DNA of 63,982 nucleotides, filler included, from Chiloscyllium plagiosum (GCF_004010195.1; 5 parts of one record of this genome joined end to end with filler, not necessarily neighbours in it), one strand, 5' to 3'. Counted from the whole stretch's first letter, positions 24,715-37,878 are shown. The notes: generated by a model from the letters alone, not told the origin. Translations and numbers: made by a program.

Positions 24715-27700
24715 ATGATTTGGAGATGCCGGTGTTGGACTGGGGTGTACAAAGTTAAAAATCACTTTGTACACCCCAGGTTATAGTCCAACAGGTTTAA
24801 TTGGAAGCACACTAGCTTTTGGAGCGATGCTCCTTCATCAGGTGATTGTGGAGGGCTCGATCGTAACACAGAATTTATAGCAAAAATTTGCAGTGTGATG
24901 TAACTGAAATTATACATTGAAAAATTGATTGTCTGTTATCGACACAGACATCAAGTTTCTACAGGAATGCAGGCAAGCAGGAAAGATCCCGAAAGGATTA
25001 CGGATCACGAACCCACTTAGGTCGACCTACAACACAGACTACGCAGAGAGACTTTGCCACCGCACCTCTCGTAAACTTCTCAATCATCTCGTGCACCAAC
25101 TCNNNNNNNNNNNNNNNNNNNNNNNNNNNNNNNNNNNNNNNNNNNNNNNNNNNNNNNNNNNNNNNNNNNNNNNNNNNNNNNNNNNNNNNNNNNNNNNNNN
25201 NNNNNNNNNNNNNNNNNNNNNNNNNNNNNNNNNNNNNNNNNNNNNNNNNNNNNNNNNNNNNNNNNNNNNNNNNNNNNNNNNNNNAAACTGGAGAAGCTTG
25301 GCATTCTCACCAGTAATAGCAAAGCCTGCCCTGGAACCACAGTAGACAACATTATCACTGCGGGGAAGTCTATTGTCAACTTATCGGACCACACCCTTCG
25401 ACCGGAAGAGATTGAAGTCCTGAGTAGGGGTCTCAACTTCTGCCCCACCACCAAAATGGACCCGTTGGTTCTGGCAGAAGACACAGAGGAGTTCATCAGA
25501 CGAATGAGACTCTGGGAATTCTTTCAAGGTGCCGGCTTTGATCCCAATGAGCCCACTGATGAACTAGAACAGTCATCACAGGGATCTGTAGAGGAGCGAC
25601 CAAAGAAGGTGTCAACATGGACCCCACCGGAGGGCCGCTGCCCTGGGCTTGACATGGATGCTCAAACTGTCAGGAAATATATAAATGCCAGATTCATCAG
25701 CCGTACCGACAAGGTAGAGCAAAACATCACCCGTTCGCAACGCAATGCCATCCAGGCTCTCAAAACCAATGACAACATTGTCATCAAACCAGCAGATAAA
25801 GGAGGAGCCATTGTCATTCAGAATAGAACAGATTACTGCAAGAAAGTGTACCGACAACTGAACAACCAGGAACACTACAGGCAACTACCAGCTGATCCGA
25901 CCAAAGAACACACCCGAGAATTAAACACACTGATCAGAACTTTGGATCCAGTCCTTCAAAGCTCCCTATGCACCCTCATCCCATGTACTTCGCGTGTAGG
26001 CGATTTCTACTGCCTTCCAAAGGTACACAAAGCCAACACACCGGGACGTCCCATCTTGTCGGGCAATGGGACCCCATGTGAGAATCTCTCTGGCTATGTG
26101 GAAGGCATCTTGAAACCTATTGTACAGGGGATCTCCAGCTTCTGTCGCGACACTACGGATTTCTTACAGAAACTCAGTACCCACGGACCAGTCGAACCGG
26201 GAACATTCGTCGTCACAATGGACGTTTCCGCTCTCTACACCAGCATCCCCCACAAGGATGGTATCGCGGCAACAGCCTCAGTACTGAACACCAACAACTG
26301 CCAGTCTCCAAACACCATCCTACAACTCATCCGCTTTATCCTCGATCATAACGTCTTCACCTTTGACAACCAATTCTTCATCCAGACACACGGAACAGCC
26401 ATGGGGACCAAATTTGCACCCAATATGCCAACATTTTTATGCACAGGTTTGAACAAGATTTCGTCTCTATGCAGGATCTCCAACCAACATTGTACACCAG
26501 GTACATTGATGACATTTTCTTCCTCTGGACCCATGGCGAGGAGTCACTGATAAAACTACACAGTGACATCAACAAGTTTCATCCCACCATCAAACCCACC
26601 ATGGACTACTCTCGACTGTCTGTCTCATTCTTGGACACATGCATCTCCATCAAGGACGGACACCTCAGCACCACACTCTACCACAAACCCACAGACAACC
26701 TCACAATGCTACACTCCTCCAGCTTCCACCCAAAACATATTAAAACAGCCAGCCCCTATGGACAAGCCCTACGCATACACCGGATCTGCTCAGATGAGGA
26801 GAAACGTGACGGACACCTGGAAGTACTCAAGGATGCCCTCACAAGAACGGGGTACGATGTTCAACTCATCGACCGCCAGTTCCNNNNNNNNNNNNNNNNN
26901 NNNNNNNNNNNNNNNNNNNNNNNNNNNNNNNNNNNNNNNNNNNNNNNNNNNNNNNNNNNNNNNNNNNNNNNNNNNNNNNNNNNNNNNNNNNNNNNNNNNN
27001 NNNNNNNNNNNNNNNNNNNNNNNNNNNNNNNNNNNNNNNNNNNNNNNNNNNNNNNNNNNNNNNNNNNNNNNNNNNNNNNNNNNNNNNNNNNNNNNNNNNN
27101 NNNNNNNNNNNNNNNNNNNNNNNNNNNNNNNNNNNNNNNNNNNNNNNNNNNNNNNNNNNNNNNNNNNNNNNNNNNNNNNNNNNNNNNNNNNNNNNNNNNN
27201 NNNNNNNNNNNNNNNNNNNNNNNNNNNNNNNNNNNNNNNNNNNNNNNNNNNNNNNNNNNNNNNNNNNNNNNNNNNNNNNNNNNNNNNNNNNNNNNNNNNN
27301 NNNNNNNNNNNNNNNNNNNNNNNNNNNNNNNNNNNNNNNNNNNNNNNNNNNNNNNNNNNNNNNNNNNNNNNNNNNNNNNNNNNNNNNNNNNNNNNNNNNN
27401 NNNNNNNNNNNNNNNNNNNNNNNNNNNNNNNNNNNNNNNNNNNNNNNNNNNNNNNNNNNNNNNNNNNNNNNNNNNNNNNNNNNNNNNNNNNNNNNNNNNN
27501 NNNNNNNNNNNNNNNNNNNNNNNNNNNNNNNNNNNNNNNNNNNNNNNNNNNNNNNNNNNNNNNNNNNNNNNNNNNNNNNNNNNNNNNNNNNNNNNNNNNN
27601 NNNNNNNNNNNNNNNNNNNNNNNNNNNNNNNNNNNNNNNNNNNNNNNNNNNNNNNNNNNNNNNNNNNNNNNNNNNNNNNNNNNNNNNNNNNNNNNNNNNN

Positions 27701-28352
27701 NNNNNNNNNNNNNNNNNNNNNNNNNNAAACTGCATGGATTTATGTAAAACTCCGTTATCTCACTTTTTAGATTAGAGTCAATCTAAACATCAGGTCATAG
27801 TCAGAGAACACAGGGGGCTAACACCTTCAACATATTGTCTAGCTATCACCATTGTTCACCAGCTAACCCGAGAATGCAACTTTAAAAAAAAAGGGTTTTG
27901 TGATTTACACATGAAAGAAGTGAAACTATCACTGTATTCTAACAGATGAAAGGCTTAACAGACAATCAATTTTTCAATGTATAATTTCAGTTACATCACA
28001 CTGCAAATTTTTGCTATAAATTATGTGTTACGATCACCCCTCGTAGACTTAAGACACTCTACGCTCGCTACACACACATATACTCTCTCTTTCACACTCA
28101 CAACCCCCAACCCAGACAGACAGACACACACACAAACACAAAGACCCACATGCACACATATATTGTGTGGAATGAATTTATACTTGCAGAGTTACGTTGT
28201 ACTTTGCTCAAAAACTGCATGGATTCATGTAAAACTATGAGCTCAAAAACTGCATGAATTTATGTAAAACTCTGTTATCTCACTTTTCAGATTAGAATCA
28301 ATCTAAACATCGTGGCATAGACAGAGAACACAGGGGGCTAACACCTTCAACA
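24715..28352 (+). mobile_element. Near-full-length Penelope-like retrotransposon with inverted 5' terminal repeat
   Basis: DIKFLQECRQAGKIPKGL, IVNLSD...EVLSRGLNFCP, IVIKPADKGG, FYCLPKVHK..TPGRPI, MDVSALYTSIP, GTAMG and RYIDDIF. Open from 25285 to about 26420, then a 1-bp deletion. The endonuclease is expected inside gap 26884-27726. Segment 24860-24935 is the inverse of 27957-28033. Confidence 0.92.
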
Positions 28353-29214
28353 TATCCCCCACCTCTTCCTCCGCTACATTGATGACTGCATTGGCGCCAC
28401 CTCTTGCTCTCGCGAGGAGGTTGAGCAATTCATCAAATTCACCAACACATTCCACTCTGACCTTAAATTTACCTGGCCATCTCTGACACCTCCCTCCCCT
28501 TCCTAGACCTCTCCATCTCCATTAATGACGACCGAATTGATACCGACATTTTTTACAAACCCACCGACTACCCACAGCTACCTGGATTACACCTCTTCCC
28601 ACCCCACCTCCTGCAAAAATGCCATCCCGTATTCCCAATTCCTCCGCCTCCACCGTATCTGCTCCCAGGAGGACCAGTTCCACCACAGAACACACCAGAT
28701 GGCCTCCTTCTTTATAGACCACAATTTCCCTTCCCACGTGGTTAAAGATGCCCTCCAATGCATCTCGTCCACATCCCGCACCTCTGTCCTCAGACCCTAC
28801 CGCTCCAACCATAACAAGGACAGAACGCCCCTGCTGCTCACCTTTCACCCTACCAACCTTCGCATAAAACAAATCATCCAATGACATTTCCGGTACCTCC
28901 AAACAGACCCCACCATCAGGGATATATGTCCCTCCCCACCCCTTTCCGCCTTCTGCAAACACCGTTCCCTCCGTGACTACCTGGTCAGGTCCACGCCCCC
29001 CTACAACCCACCGTCCCGTCCTGACACCTTCCCCTGCCACCGCAGGAATTGCAAAACCTGCGCCCACACCTCCTCCCTCACCTCCATCCAAGGCCCTAAA
29101 GGAGCCTTCCACATCCATCAAAGTTTTACCTGCACATCCACCAATATCATTTATTGTATCCGTTGCTCTCGATGCGGTCTCCTCTACATTGGGGAGACTG
29201 GACACCTCCTAGCA
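28353..29214 (+). mobile_element. PLE fragment: RT C-terminus, Cys-rich linker and start of GIY-YIG endonuclease (Neptune-like)
   Basis: RYIDDCIG; TFPCHRRNCKTCAH; FTCTSTNIIYCIRCSRCGLLYIGETG. Cut by the contig linker at 29215. Confidence 0.88.
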
Positions 29215-29314
29215 NNNNNNNNNNNNNNNNNNNNNNNNNNNNNNNNNNNNNNNNNNNNTTAATTAATTAANNNNNNNNNNNNNNNNNNNNNNNNNNNNNN
29301 NNNNNNNNNNNNNN
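29215..29314. other. Artificial contig-join linker N44-TTAATTAATTAA-N44
   Basis: Exactly 100 nt; the 12-mer has stops in all six frames. Identical at four sites. Confidence 0.97.
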
Positions 29315-29891
29315 GGGGTATTGAGTTTAAGAGTCGTGAGATCTTTTGCAGCTCTATAAAACTTTGGTTAGACCGCACTTGGAATACTGCGTCCAGTTCT
29401 GGTCGCCCTGTTATAAGAAAGATGTGGATGCTTTGGAGTGGGTTCAGAGGAGGTTTACCAGGATGCTGCCTGGACTGGAGGGCTTATCTTATGAAGAGAG
29501 GTTGACTGAGCTCGGACTCGCTTCATTGGAGAAAAGGAGGAGGAGAGGGGACCTAATTGAGGTATACAAGGTAATGAGAGGCATAGATAGAGTCGATAGC
29601 CAGAGACTATTTCCCAGGGCAGAAATGACTAACACGAGGGGTCATAGTTTTAAGCTGGTTGGAGGAAAGTATAGAGGGGATGTCAGAGGTGGGTTCTTTA
29701 CACAGAGAGTTGTGAGTGCGTGGAATGCGTTGCCAGCAGCAGTTGTGGAAGCAAGGTCATTGGGGACATTTAAGAGACTACTGGACATGCATATGGTCAC
29801 AGACATTTTATGTGCATACATGTGGATCAGTGGTCGGCACAACATCGTGGCCTGAAGGGCCTGTTCTGTGCTGTACTATGTTCTATGTTCT
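29315..29891 (+). mobile_element. Young CR1 3' end
   Basis: Open 169-aa ORF2 C-terminus (29346-29855) and a TGTTCTA tail. Highly similar to 49791-50248 and 51026-51600. Confidence 0.93.
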
Positions 29892-30349
29892 AAGTGTTCT
29901 GTAGTGTCATCATTACCTAGTGGAATCTTAAAATACAGTAAAACAAACTAAAACATAGAATATAAAGGCAGAAAAATGAAGAAATAAAGGAAGTTTCCAA
30001 TTTTACAGTCCTTCTTGTTAAGTGCTCCATCATAGGCTGTAGACCTGTGGCCTTCGTCACATTGCTGCAAAAGTCACCACTCTTTGTTGCCATGTCACCT
30101 CCACTGATGTAACTGGTGCCATCTTGGTTATGCACTTGACAACAAAATCAGAATTTATAAAAGCAAAAATAAAGGAAACAAATCCAAAAGGAATTAACTT
30201 AGTATAGATATTAAAGTCTTATTTAAGTCTTATCTTCATGAAGGCCAGTAAAAGCCACATCCTATAGTCTCAGGAGGACCTGGGTATTTGCTGCTGTGGA
30301 CACTACCACCTCCAATCTTCTCCTGTTGCCACCTTCGATTCTATAACTA

Positions 30350-33030
30350 CCTGTGCCACAATCAGGTCCTGGAACATGCTTGGGCAGGGCCCGCTCACAC
30401 CATCCGATCAGCAAATCCCCACCAGATCCCAGCACATGCTTGGGCAGAGCCCACTCGCAGCCTCTGGTCACCAGATTCCTCACTGGATCCTGGAACATGC
30501 TCTGGCAGGGCCCACTCACAGCCTCTGGTCACCATGTCCCTTGCTGGATCCCAGAAGGTGCTTGGACAGGGCCCACACGCAGCCTCTGGTTACCACATCC
30601 CTCGTTGGATCTCGGAATGTGCTCAGGCAGGGCCCACTCATAGCCTCTAGTCACCAGGTTCCTTGCTAGATCCGGGAACATGCTTGGGCAGGGCCCACTC
30701 GCAGCTCCGGGCCACCAGGTCACTCAGTGGATCTCGGAAGGTGCTTGGGCAGGGCCCACTCGCAGCCTCTGGTCACCACATCCCTCGCTGAATCCCAGAA
30801 CGAGCTCAGGCAGGGCCCACTTGCAGCCTCTGGTCCCAGGTCCCTCACTCGATCCTGGAACTTGCTCAGGCAGGGCCAACTTGCAGCCTCTGGCCACCAG
30901 GTCCCTCACTGGATCTTGGAAGGTGCTTGGGCAGGGCCCACTCGCAGCCTCTAGTCACCAGATTCCTTGCAGGATCTTGGAATGTGCTCGGACAGGGCCC
31001 ATTCGCAACCTCTGGTCACTAGGTCACTCACTCGATCCTGGAACATGCTCAATCAGGGCCCATTCGCAACCTCTGGTCACCACGTCCCTCGCTGAATCCT
31101 GGAACGTGCTCGGGCCGGGCCCACTTGCAACCTCTGGTCACCAGGTCCTTTACTGGATCCTGGATCGTGCTCAGACAGGGTCCACTCACAGCCACTAGTC
31201 TCAGATCCCTCGCTGGATCCCGGAATGAGCTAGGACAGGGCCCACTCGCAGCCTCTGGTCGCTGGATCCCTCGCTCGATCCTGGAACATGCTCAGGCAGG
31301 GCTCACTCGCAGCCTCTGGTCATCTCGTCCCTTGCTGAATCCTGGAACATGCTCAGGCAGGGCTCACTTGCATCCTTTGATCACCAGATCCCTCGCAGGA
31401 TTCCGGCACATGCTTGGGCAGGGCCCACTTGCAGCCTCTGGTCGCCGGATTCCTCGCTCGATCCTGGAACATGCCAGGCAGGGCCAACTTGCAGCCTCTG
31501 GCCACCAGGTCCCTCACTGGATCTTGGAAGGTGCTTGGGCAGGGCCCACTCGCAGCCTCTGGTCACCACATCCCTCGCTGAATCCCAGAACGAGCTCAGG
31601 CAGGGCCCACTTGCAGCCTCTGGTCCCAGGTCCCTCACTCGATCCTGGAACTTGCTCAGGCAGGGCCAACTTGCAGCCTCTGGCCACCAGGTCCCTCACT
31701 GGATCTTGGAAGGTGCTTGGGCAGGGCCCACTCGCAGCCTCTAGTCACCAGATTCCTTGCAGGATCTTGGAATGTGCTCGGACAGGGCCCATTCGCAACC
31801 TCTGGTCACTAGGTCACTCACTCGATCCTGGAACATGCTCAATCAGGGCGCATTCGCAGCCTCTGGTCACCACGTCCCTCGCTGAATCCTGGAACGTGCT
31901 CGGGCCGGGCCCACTTGCAACCTCTGGTCACCAGGTCCTTTACTGGATCCTGGAACGTGCTCAGACAGGGTCCACTCACAGCCACTAGTCTCAGATCCCT
32001 CGCTGGATCCCGGAATGTGCTAGGACAGGGCCCACTCGCAGCCTCTGGTCACTGGATCCCTCGCTCGATCCTGGAACATGCTCAGGCAGGGCTCACTCGC
32101 AGCCTCTGGTCATCACGTCCCTTGCTGAATCCTGGAACATGCTCAGGCAGGGCTCACTTGCATCCTTTGATCACCAGATCCCTCGCAGGATTCCGGCACG
32201 TGCTTGGGCAGGGCCTCCCTCGCAGGATTCCGGCACGTGCTTGGGCAGGGCCCACTTGCAGCCTCTGGTCGCCGGATCCCCCGCTCGATCCTGGAACATG
32301 CTCAGGCAGGCCCACTTGCAGCCTCTAGTCAGCACGTCCCTCGCTGAATCCTGGAACATGCTCAGGCAAGGCCCATTCGCAGCCTCTGGTCACCATGTCC
32401 CTTGCTGGATCCTGGAATGTGCTCTGGCAGGGCCCACACGCAGCCTCTGGTCAGCACATCCCTCGCTGAATCCTGGAACATGCTCAGGCAAGGCCCATTC
32501 GCAGCCTCTGGTCACCATGTCCCTTGCTGGATCCTGGAACGTGCTCTGGCAGGGCCCACACGCAGCCTCTGGTCACCACGTCCCTTGCTGGATCCTGGAA
32601 AGTGCTCAGGCAGGGCCCACACACAGCCTCTGGTCATCACGTCCCTCGCTGGATCCTGGAACGTGTTCAGGCAGGGCCCACACGCAGCCTCTGGTCACCA
32701 CGTCCCTTGCTGGATCCTGGAACGTGTTCAGGCAGTGCCCACCCACAGCCTCTGGTTGCCAGGTCCCTTGATAGATCCCGGAATGTGATCAGGCAGAGCC
32801 CACTCAGAGCCTCTGGTCGCCAGGTCCCTCCTGGATCCCGGAATGTGCTCAGGCAGGGCCCACTCGCAGCCTCTGGTTGCCAGGTCACTCGCTGTATCCC
32901 GAAATGTGCTCAGGCAGGGCCCACTCACAGCCTTTGGTCACCACATCCCTCGCTCGATCTCAGAACATGCTCGGACAGAGCCCACTCGCAGTGTCTGGTC
33001 ACCAGGTCCCTTGTTGGATATAGTTGGGCA
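30350..33030. repeat. 61-bp GC-rich tandem repeat, about 44 units, with a ~790-bp higher-order duplication
   Basis: Unit is approximately GCAGGGCCCACTCGCAGCCTCTGGTCACCAGGTCCCTCGCTGGATCCTGGAACATGCTCAG. The block from about 30730 recurs 790 bp later (ORF 30724-30909 vs 31514-31699). Confidence 0.95.
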
Positions 33031-33209
33031 AACCTGTTCGCTGCCTCTGATTGCTGAATCTTGTAACATTCTAAGGCTGGGCATGTCAGCAATGCCTCAC
33101 CAAAAAAAAAAGACTTTAAACGAAAGGGAAAAGAAAATAGCAAAAGCAAAAAAGAAAGAAACACAAAGTAAGAAAAAGCAGACAAAAGCAAACGAGCTGC
33201 CATCTTGGA

Positions 33210-33705
33210 GTTCATTGAACCTCCCATCACTGTATTTCCAGGCAGTGCATTCCATACACATACTCACTGTGTGAAAAAGGTTTTTCTCACATCGTCTTTG
33301 CTTTGTTCACACATCACTTTAAATCTATGCTCACTTGTTTCTTTTGCTTGCAGGAACAACTCCCTACGCTATCCATTATCTATCACGATTTTGAAAACCT
33401 CTATCAAATTTCCTTTCAGCTTTTTCTCTCCGAAGAGAATAGTCTCAATTTCTTCAATCTATCCTCATAACTGAAGTTTCTCATTTCTGGAACCGTTCTT
33501 CAAATTGTTTCTGAACTCTTTCTGATGTGTTCACACCTTTCTGAAAAAATGGCACCCAGAACTGTACACAAAACTCAATTTGAGGTCTAATAAGTGTCTT
33601 ATACAGATTCATCATCATCTTCTTGAACTTGTACTCTATGCTACTATTAATAAAACACCTGTATGCTTTCTTAACTGCTATCTCCACCTGTCCTGCCACT
33701 TTCAA
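33210..33705 (-). mobile_element. CR1 3' fragment
   Basis: LYKTLIRPQIEFCVQFWVP...ERVQKQF. Confidence 0.8.
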
Positions 33706-33889
33706 TAATGATCAGAGTGGAAAGTTGAGAGAAGCTTGAGACAGAAAGACAGAGAACTGGATTCAGTAACCTGTAATGTATAGATGTAAATAAAAGACAG
33801 TCACTGCACTGACAAGTGTTAGACTGCTTAACTCTGGGATATGCAAAATTAAAGGATTTTAGAGACCAAGAGGAGTGGTAATCTAGTTA

Positions 33890-34100
33890 ATGATGTGGAC
33901 GAGTCAGTATTGGATTGGGGTGGAAAAAGTTAAAATCACACAACACCAGATTATAGTTCACAGGTTTATTTAGAAGCACTAGCTTTCGGAGAGCTGCTTC
34001 TATAGCTGGTGACAACCACCTGATAAAAGAGCAGAGCTTCAAAAGCTAGTGCTTCCAAATAAACCTGTTGAATTATAACCTGGTGTGCAATTTTTGACTT
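33890..34100. mobile_element. Old miniature foldback PLE terminus (same end-family as 24715 and 39186)
   Basis: Inverted arms CAGGTTTATTTAGAAGCACTAGCTTT / AAAGCTAGTGCTTCCAAATAAACCTG around a degenerate CTGATAA...AAAAGCTA hammerhead core. Confidence 0.7.
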
Positions 34101-35341
34101 AATCTAGCAATCTCTCAGAGTGTAATTGTAGAAATCCACACTCAGACATGTTCAGGATATGTATCTAAGAATGTTAACAGCAATGTTGATATAAAGCATA
34201 CCATAAAGCATAGTGGAAGATAGCAGCAATGGAAACTTCAGGATTTGATGTCAGATCACAATCTATGAAGTGCAGGAGAAAAGCAAGAAGACTTCACAGT
34301 CCAGGACAGAAACACAGAAAACTTTAAACATAAGGCAACAGAGCAAGAAGGCTCTGAAAGGTAGGAAAGAACCTCAGAAGATTTTGAAGGACTTTAAGGC
34401 AAAGAGGGAAAAACCAAAATCCACTTACCCAGGTCAATGTGATGTAGCAATTGATTTGGATGGTAGCTCCAGCATAAACATTGACATTATCACAGCCATG
34501 GAAAATGTGGAGGGCCCACAGCAAGGCCAGAGGTGGGAGCTCTGAAAGCTGCAGTTTCAGTACTACAGAACTGCACAACACTTGCATGCAAATCACACTT
34601 TGAAGTAAACAAATATGAGCTAATAGCCATTATGTATAGGCAGCTGCATTATAAAAAAGGACTGTGCCCTAATATTAAGAGATATGTGACATTCTAGGAT
34701 AATAGGAAGGGTTTAGAGGGATATGGACCAAGTGCTGGCAAATGGGACTAGATTAGTTTAGGATATGACTCTAATACCTAATAGAGAATGAGACGAAAGT
34801 GGACCGACAGCATGGCTCAGCAATGACGGGGAAGAGATACAAGATTTAGAGGTGTCCTTCATTCAGGAGATCAGGCTGGAGAGTTGGTTTAGCTAGAGAT
34901 GAAGAATAGTAGGGGAAAGAAGTCTCAATTAGACATGGTGTGCAGGTCTCCTAACAGTAACTATAATGAAGGATAAAAAATGCAAAAATAAATCTTGGAT
35001 TCTTGTGATAATGAGCAGTGATAAGCATGAGCCATTTTCATTTATATATAAACAGAAAATAAATCAGGTTGGCAATGGTAGCCTGGATGTGGAGCTTTCA
35101 AGATAACTTTTCAAATACCATGATCTCAACCAATCGAAGAACTAGTTATATTCAACTTGGTATTGCACAATGTGTCAGGATGAACCAAAGATCTTAAAGT
35201 AAAGGCTCAATTAGAAAGCAGCAACCACCAAAATGATTGAATTTTACATTCAGTTTAAAAGGAAGAAAAGTCAGTCTAAAACTGGAATTTTAACATGAAA
35301 GGTGAACTAGCTGAAGTCAATTTGGAAACAAGGCTGTAAGC

Positions 35342-35636
35342 TAGATTATTAGATTCCCTACAGTGTGGAAACAGGCCCTTCAGCCCAACCAGTCCACACC
35401 GACCCTCCAAAGAGTAACCCACCCAGATCCATTTCCCTCTGACTAATGCACCTAACACTACAGGCAATTTAGCATGGCCAATTCCCCCTAACCTGCACAT
35501 CTTTGGACTGTGGGAGGAAACCACATAGACACAGGGAGAATGTGCAAACTCCACACAGACAGTCGCCCAAGGCTGGAATTGAACCTGGGACCCTACTGCT
35601 GTGAGGCAGCAGTGCGAACCACTGAGCCACCATGCG
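35342..35636 (-). mobile_element. tRNA-derived V-SINE (HE1-like)
   Basis: A box TGGCTCAGTGG, B box GGTTCAATTCC, V-domain-like GTCTGTGTGGAGTTTGCACATTCTCCC, and a CR1-like tail GGGCCTGTTTCCACACTGTA. Confidence 0.88.
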
Positions 35637-36169
35637 AACCAAGAGAGAAGCAGTGACAGATATTTAAGGGGATATTTCAAATAGTCAGAATAGGTTAATT
35701 CATACTTAAAAGAAAAAATTCAGGAGAGGAACCAGTATTTATTGCTAAATAAAGATGTTAGGGAAAATACCATCTGAAGGAAATAAACATATAATTGAGC
35801 AAAGATGAGTGGAAGGTCAAATGACAGGGTAGAGTGTAAAAAATTGGAAAGAATGACTGAAAGATTAATCAGCCTTCACAATAGAAATTAGTGCTTAAAA
35901 AGAAGATAGCTAGAAATGGAAAAGCAAGTGACAAGAGTTTTTACATGCATTTAAAAACAGAGAGTGTGAATGAAGTGAGTGTGAGACTGGGGAGTTAATA
36001 GTCAAAAATAAGGGAAATGGTGAATGAAATTAATGAATATTTTGCTTCTGCCTACACTATACAAGTCACAGCAAACATTCCACTAATAATTAATAAAATC
36101 AAGAGGTGGAAATTACAACCATCGGAAAGTAGCTCTGAGGAAACTGATGGAGACTTGAGTTCATAGGTT

Positions 36170-36395
36170 CAACCAACAGGTTCAAAAATAGCTTCTTCTC
36201 TGCTGAACAGACCTCTCTAATTTCAAATCTAATGTTACTTGGGTTTTTGTGCACCTCCTGTGCAGCTGTAATTTTGTATGCCTCATTCTGTCTAAGCACC
36301 CTATAATCCATATGTCCTTGTTTGTTATGATTTGACTGTACTGCTCACAAAACAAACTTTTCACTGTACTTAGATGTACATGTGATAACAATAAG
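36170..36395 (+). mobile_element. Rex1/Babar-like LINE 3' tail
   Basis: TNRFKNSFFSA-type C-terminus followed by ...CACTGTACTTAGATGTACATGTGATAACAATAA. Confidence 0.55.
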
Positions 36396-36939
36396 TCTCA
36401 GGGTTAAGATGGATGGGTTCTTTACACAGAGAGTTGTGAGAGCATAGAATTCTTTGCTAGTTTTGGAAGCGAGGTCATTGGGGATATTTAAGAGACTGCT
36501 GGACATGCATATGGTCACAGAAATTTGAGGGTTTGTACATTAGGTTTACCTTACATGAGGATCAATGGTCAGCACAGTATCGTGGGCTGAAGGGCCTGTT
36601 CTGTGCTGTACTGTTCTACGTTCTATGGACATATCTGAAGGTCTTAAAAAAGGTAGCTCATGATGTGATTGAGGCATTGGTGTTAATTTTCTAAAATTTG
36701 CTAGATTCTGAAAAGATTCCATCAGACTAGAAAGTAGCAAATATTATTCAAGAAGTGACAGAGGCTAATAATTAGGAAACTATAGGCAATTTGCTCAACA
36801 TCATTGTGGGGAAAGAGTAAGAATTAATCATTAAGTAGGGTATAGCTCGGCATGTTGTAAAACTCTAGGTAATTGGAAAGTTTCAGCAAGGTTTTGTGAA
36901 AGGGCAATTATGTTTAATCAGTTTTTAGAATTCCTGAAG

Positions 36940-37878
36940 GAATGCAATGTTGTCATTTATCTCAAGAGGGTTGGAATATAAAAGCACCGTTGTGCTACTG
37001 AGACTTTATAAAGCTCTGGTTAGGCCCCATTTTTTAGATTAGATTACATTACAGTGTGGAAACAGGGCCTTCGGCCCGACAAGTCCACACAAACCCGCCG
37101 AAGCGTAACCCACCCATACCCCTACATTTACCCCTTACCCCTTACGTAACACTACGGGCAACTTAGCATGGCCAATTCACCTGACCTGCACATCTTTGGA
37201 CTGTGGGAGGAAACCGGAGCACCCAGAGGAAACCCACGCAGACACGGGGAGAAAGTGCAAACTCCACACAGTCAGTCGCCTGAGGCGGGAATTGAACCCG
37301 GGTCTCGGGCGCTGTGAGGCAGAAGTGCTAACCACTGTGCCGACCATAGTGTGTCCAGTTTTGGTCCCCACCTCAGGAAGGACATACCGGCACTGGAGCG
37401 TGTCCAGCGGAGATTCACACGGATGATCCCTGGAATGGTAGGTCTAACATATGAGGAACGGCTGAGGATCCTGGGATTTTCATTGGAGTTTAGAAGATTA
37501 AGGGGAGATCTAATAGAAACTTTCAAGATAATACATGACTTGGAGAGGGTGGAAGCTAGGAAATTGTTTCCGTTAGGCGAGGAGACGAGGACCCGTGGAC
37601 ACAGCCCTAGAATTAGAGGGGGTAAATTCAGAACAGAAATGCGGAGACATTTCTTCAGCCAGAGAGTGGTGGGCCTGTGGAAGTCATTGCTGCAGAGTGC
37701 CGTGGAGGCTGGGACGCTAAATGTCTTCAAGGCAGAGATTGATAAATTCTTGATGTCACAAGGAATTAAGGGCTACGGGGAGAATGGAGTTGAAATGCCC
37801 ATCAGCCATGATTGAATAGCGGAGTGGACTCGATGAGCTGAATGGCTTTACTTCTGCTCCTATGTCTTATGGTCTTAA
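36940..37878 (+). mobile_element. CR1 3' end interrupted by a SINE
   Basis: LYKALVRPH | PHLRKDIPALERVQRRFTRMIP...FFSQRVVGLW; same family as 10205-12000. Confidence 0.9.
37035..37348 (-). mobile_element. tRNA-derived V-SINE (HE1-like)
   Basis: A box CGGCACAGTGG, B box GGTTCAATTCC, V-domain and a (TAATC)n tail. Confidence 0.88.

Noticed and set aside
20601..27770. Long ORFs of 190-443 aa in the ORF track
   Set aside because: They are mostly X from N runs; only the PLE-derived flanks are real.
29259..29270. TTAATTAATTAA as a biological motif
   Set aside because: It is always centred in exactly 44+44 Ns at four sites, so it is an assembly spacer.
30350..33030. 61-bp array as a CRISPR array, or its ORFs (up to 287 aa) as proteins
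   Set aside because: Whole units repeat with no unique spacers and there are no cas genes. Overlapping ORFs in all frames are a by-product of a GC-rich repeat.
34270..34545. Lys-rich 91-aa ORF
   Set aside because: A-rich low-complexity sequence with no recognisable motif, adjacent to decayed CR1.
35560..35636. tRNA gene (similar heads at about 37270-37348 and 62100-62180)
   Set aside because: A and B boxes are followed by SINE body and LINE-like tail, with no complete cloverleaf. These are SINE heads.
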